Below, in pieces: positions 59,321-64,000 of a DNA stretch of 64,000 bases (its first letter is position 1; every line of letters starts with the position of its first letter). The notes under the pieces are model-generated. The model had not been told where the DNA came from and ran no database searches. It saw nothing but the letters and a program-made list of their open reading frames with translations. The stretch covers positions 54,002,001-54,066,000 of the forward strand of contig CM060734.1 in the NCBI GenBank assembly GCA_030704615.1, given 5' to 3'. A program made the translations under genes and the position numbers. Source of the DNA: Takakia lepidozioides (taxonomy: Eukaryota; Plantae; Bryophyta).

Positions 59321-61683
59321 ACCAACAAATTAAATTACTTTCAGAGTCTAAAATTTCTCTAGCTAAGCTAAAAGTCATTTGGAAACAAAACAAAACAATA
59401 CAAAACACATTCAACTATACATGACCAAGATATAAAAATATTATCATGTATATCAAGTTCATATTACTTGTCAGACTATTACTCATATATATCATATTAA
59501 AATGAAAAAATAGAGCGCAATCCATCCACCATTTTAATTTTTGTGTGTCATGTTTCACCACCATAATGGCATGCGGGGGGCATGCCATAGCGTTCATTGG
59601 CTTGCAATATCAAACATATTATGTTTCATAATGTGCAAGTGGCAATTATAGGCCTAGAATTCTGCTTTTTAATCCTCCTCCGAAGCGCCATACTAGGCAG
59701 GCAAATCCTTAACGAGACTATGGGAGAGCGTTTAGCCACAGTGTGCCCCCGGCAAGGGGGGGGGGGGGAGGTGGCTTGTGCGCCTGCGTGGCGTAGAGCA
59801 CGTGGCAGGGCAGCCCCGACACTGTCCCCTCACTGTCTGGGACATAGTGCCGAGGCACGGCGGCAAGGCATGCAGCGCCGCCAAGATGGTGGAAGTGTTG
59901 GCGAAAGCGTGAGTGGCAGCAGCAGCTCGGCCAAGACAATCCCGCGCGCGACTGACACGAAAGGAGAATCCGGCCGTTTTGCAACAGTGGGCCCCACACC
60001 GGTGAGGAGGCCTTCGGCTCGTCCCTCGACTCCGCGTTCAGCCCCGACGTCGTCCAGGCAGCCAACTTTGATTCAGCCCCGACGAGCGAGACAACCCCTC
60101 CCACAACCACCTTAGGGCCTACTCCACCATCTGTGTCAGTTGCTCCCCAAAGCAACAAGAGATGTTGGCCGCGACTGTTCCTGTTCCAAGGCCCCAGGGT
60201 CAAAGTATTCCTACCCCCATATCACATTTTCGTGATGCACACCACCAAAGGCCAAGCTCCAGACAAGTTCAAGAAGATTCGTCATCTTCACAACGGTCTT
60301 CTCCACAACGGATTCCAGGTTCTTCCCCTGCCGCCACACCGACTGAAGAACTTGCACCGTGTTTGTTGAGCCCTCCCCCACTGCGTCTTTTGGGTAGGGT
60401 CCGAGGTCCCAAGCCTGTCACTTCTCCCCCGAGTTCGCCATCCCACTCTCGGCAGCGGCTCTAAGGCGTCCCAACTTCTCTTGGTCATGAGCTTCTTCAC
60501 GCGCCATCCTCTCCAGTTGTGCAGCATGCATCGACGACCCCATCACTCTTCCCCCAACAACAGGCACCTATTGCTGCAGACCGTACCCCGTGCCCAGTTT
60601 GTGGTCGTCTTTTTGCGCGCATCAGAGGGCTTGCGCGTCATTAGCGCACGTGTGCGGCTCTTCATCAATCCCACATAGATGGTACTACTCCATATCAGCC
60701 CAGTGTCTTGCACACGCCACCTCCTGCCTTTGCATGCTGGTGTTATGCCATGGTGGGCCATAGAAAGGTAGTCGAGCTCGCAGCCCCTCCCTATCTGAGC
60801 TTGGGCATGAACAAATGATTATCACTAATCTGGCACCTTCGGAGGGAAATGCAAACAAGGTATTGTTTTGCTGCATGTACGCGCTTCAGTTCTATATGTA
60901 CTTGTGCCTATTAGTGACCGGTTCCTATCATAGGGAGGAGCTTCTGGCATGTCATCACGTCTGACTATTGTTGTAGAGACAAAGTTACCTGTCATCGAGG
61001 AGGCGGTGACAAAGCTTCCCCAAATTGAACAGTCATTGGCATATCAGGGAATTATCCTGAACACTCTCTTAGACCTTGTGAGGGGTATAGGTGAGAAAGG
61101 GCAGGTTCAGAGGGACCCCGTGGTTGAGAGTGGTTGAGAGACGAGTGAAGACATATAAGAAGGGAGGGCACCGGCAGACTGCCCACTTCGGAAGTAGTTG
61201 TGGGTTCAATCGGCCACCGATTGGTGTCACAAATATGTCCATCGGGCAGGAGGCCTTCAATACATGAAGCAAAGTAGTTTGTTTGTTTGTTTGTTTTGTG
61301 TTGTTTTGTTTTGTAGCATTGTGATCTCCTAAACTACGGGGCCCCAACTCTGGTGCTTGGTATCGTTGGAAAGCCCTTTGATGAGGAGGGATGCAACAAC
61401 TTGGTGTCATAGTTTTTGGACATGTGGTGTGGGAGATATGGAATTTCAAGTAATTGGGTCGCTGGAAATTCGTGACAAATAGCAAAGTGGGCTTTCCTGG
61501 AACAATAACGTGGAGATCTCCCCTCTGGATACATAGGGGATTGCACTTGGACTTAGATGACACTAGACACTTGGGCCTTGGCGGCACAGGCTACCTTAGT
61601 TGGGATGAAGAGACACCATAATTTACGCTTCTTTCGGAAGGAGTCAAATATTATTATAACAATCATCATTCCAAGCATCTCCA

Positions 61684-61687
<4 letters not shown>

Positions 61688-61715
<28 letters not shown>
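61688..61715. repeat. (TA)n microsatellite
   Basis: Direct observation. Confidence 0.9.
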
Positions 61716-62521
61716 ACCTAGCTCACCTTTGAAAGAGGGTAAGAACCGCAATGTGAAGTGGCTTTTAATTATGTCGGCTATGGCCAAAGTCTTTTCTTTC
61801 TGTCCCTCTTCGACACATGTATATTTAGCATACATAACCACCAAGGCAATAAATAGGTCAATATATTCAATCGGAATAACATCAGTCGAAATACACATAA
61901 TATGTATATATATCAATATGTATGGTACGGAGGAAAAAAAATTGCAAATGAGATTTCATGTGTACCTATATGTAATTAATCTTAAAGAAAGCGACATAGA
62001 CAACCACTGTTGGTAAAACAATGCATTGTTTTATTCAACCTATTATTTATTATGCGAATTCTCTTTCGCATATAGAGAGTCTTCATTCATTCATTTCTTA
62101 ATAAAATAAAATAAAAAATAAATACATATATAGTTTTAGGTCACCATAATAGAAAGAGACAAAGAGATAAGACTTTGGCCGTACCCAACGTAAAGTATGA
62201 GCCACTTTGCCTTGCAGCTACTACCCTATAAAGAAAGCAGGTCGTGCCAATGGGGTATCCAAGGTACCTAGGGTACCAAGGGTGGATATGTCACCATAAA
62301 ATAGTTATGTATCAAATTACAGCAAAATTATATACCAAATTATTATAGTATACAAATTTTTAGTCAATACTCTTACAGAGTGAAGTAGAATCTATGTTTG
62401 TGGTTCTACCAAAGATATGTCACACTCTTATCAATCAATATTCTTACAGAGGTATCATCTTGAAAATGAATCAATGTTTGTTTCCCCTCTCCCGGCGGTA
62501 TATCAAATTCATATCCATCAA

Positions 62522-63255
62522 CCCTTAAGTTCCCAAGCCCTTTTTTGACTTTTTATCAATTTTGGGTACCTAGCTGCAGTAAATTGCCCCTAGAAACCTA
62601 CCGAAAATCATCCAGAGATTCCAGCCTTATAGCAATGGGCCCAGCTCATTTATGCATGACATACCAAAAAAGGAGCCAAGTCCACCGTGGAAATTGTGAG
62701 ATTATAGCGTTGGCCCCGACCTCAAATATTAGGTCCCAAAGAAAAAGTGAGAAAGAAATTGGTTTGACCAAATCAAAACCTAGCTTTATCCAATTTTGCT
62801 TGCCCCAAGACCCACCATTTCCAAATCAAAATCTCAAAATTGACAAGAGAAAATGTGCCTCCAAATGAAGTATTTTTTTTTCTACAATTTTTTTAAAAGC
62901 CAATGGTGGATGTGTGTATGTAATGCTCACACACCACAAGGTGAAGTGCTTTTTCCAAAATTGCTAATTTTATGCCAAAAATGGCCTTTGGAGTGTAATC
63001 TGTTTTGGGCTTGTTTACCTGCCACGTCAGCGGTCAACAAGCCCTTTTCAGGCCCCAAAACGTAAATGAGAGATCTAAGATATTTTTGTAGGTCGAAGAT
63101 TTTGTTTTTTTTTGTTTTTGTTTTTTGCATCGTACTCGAGACAAATCCCTTGTTATTAAAGCTTCAGGAGTGGGCCCCATCAGATTAGATCTGCAAATTT
63201 AGGTCGAACTGCAAATTCAAAGTGACCCGATTTAGGTCGCTTGGGAACTTAAGGG
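62522..63255. mobile_element. Second non-autonomous piggyBac-like MITE (734 bp)
   Basis: 17-bp TIR CCCTTAAGTTCCCAAGC / GCTTGGGAACTTAAGGG; flanks TCAA and TTAA. Confidence 0.75.
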
Positions 63256-64000
63256 TTAACACTCCAATAGAGGTACCATATCATACTATTTGCTTTATTA
63301 TACATAACGTTTCATGTCATGCCCCATCAGAAGTGCTTTGACGATGTCAAGAAACAGGATGGCAGGCACAGGCGGTCCCGATTTGTCTTTTTACATTATA
63401 TATTAGAGTGTCATTGAACCGCTCGCTTTTATTTCCTTAATTATTTAAGAACAACACAACGCCAGGGCTGACGGTTTTATTTTTTTAGTTTCTATTTTTA
63501 TGTATCAAAATAGCCAGCTCCGGCGGTCTTAGGACGTTTTTTTATTTCTTTGAGTAATTATTTTTAAAGTTTGGGAAGGTCAGAAATGACGGTCCTGATT
63601 TTCTTTTTCTCTTTCCCATGTTTTCCATTCCAGACCACTAGAAGCTGGCGTTGCATATTTTTATATTATATTTGGGAAAAATATGCATTAAATAAATTAA
63701 AGCTGAGAAAAAACAATCCGGGCGACCACCATAGCGGTCGCCCAGGAAAGAGCGTCTCCACTGTGGTGATTGCCCTGGAAAAAAAAAGCTTTCTTTTAGA
63801 GATTTAAAATTATATTAATAGAATAGGATTTCTTTTTTGAGTGGTCGCCTGGGAAGAAATTAAATTTAAGTAATAAATAACAGAAAACTAAATAAATAAC
63901 AGAAATTAAAAAATAAATAAAGAAAACAAACTATAGAGATTAGACTAAAAATAAACTAAAATATTCAGTAAAACAATAAAATCGACGGTGACCACTGGGA

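Noticed and set aside
59900-61600. Short ORFs, including a coiled-coil-like 62-aa peptide
   Set aside because: No recognisable domain or consistent gene structure.

Overview
Repeat-rich nuclear DNA, most likely from a non-seed land plant (inferred from PLS-DYW PPR genes, spliceosomal introns, CCCTAAA motifs and TE types). It has many single-base indels that may be long-read errors. Main contents: (1) three paralogous PLS-PPR-E-DYW RNA-editing-factor genes (1-2200 minus, 2680-7006 plus, 20957-25496 plus), each with OSB-type 'PDF' ssDNA-binding motifs fused in frame at the N-terminus; (2) remnants of a MULE/SWIM-type DNA transposon next to a split, intron-containing gene with a ParB-like domain and a beta-class N4C/N6A-methyltransferase-like domain; (3) an L1-type LINE fragment, two piggyBac-like MITEs and a young, complete chromovirus (36221-43211); (4) the highlight, a 12.35-kb Ty3/Gypsy element (44404-56757, minus). 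It encodes Gag-protease-C5 DNA methyltransferase, then a TAG-CAA-CCA readthrough-type stop, then RT-RNase H-integrase-PHD finger. It has a self-complementary (non-tRNA) primer-binding site. Its repeats are circularly permuted: it retains an unprocessed 2-LTR circle junction (CA-CT|AT-TG) and ends instead at a palindrome inside the LTR (GACA-GC-TGTC), flanked by a GGGGG duplication. This suggests a DDE-integrase retrotransposon that inserted from a circular intermediate and may methylate its own cDNA. All calls come from reading the sequence by eye; no searches were run.
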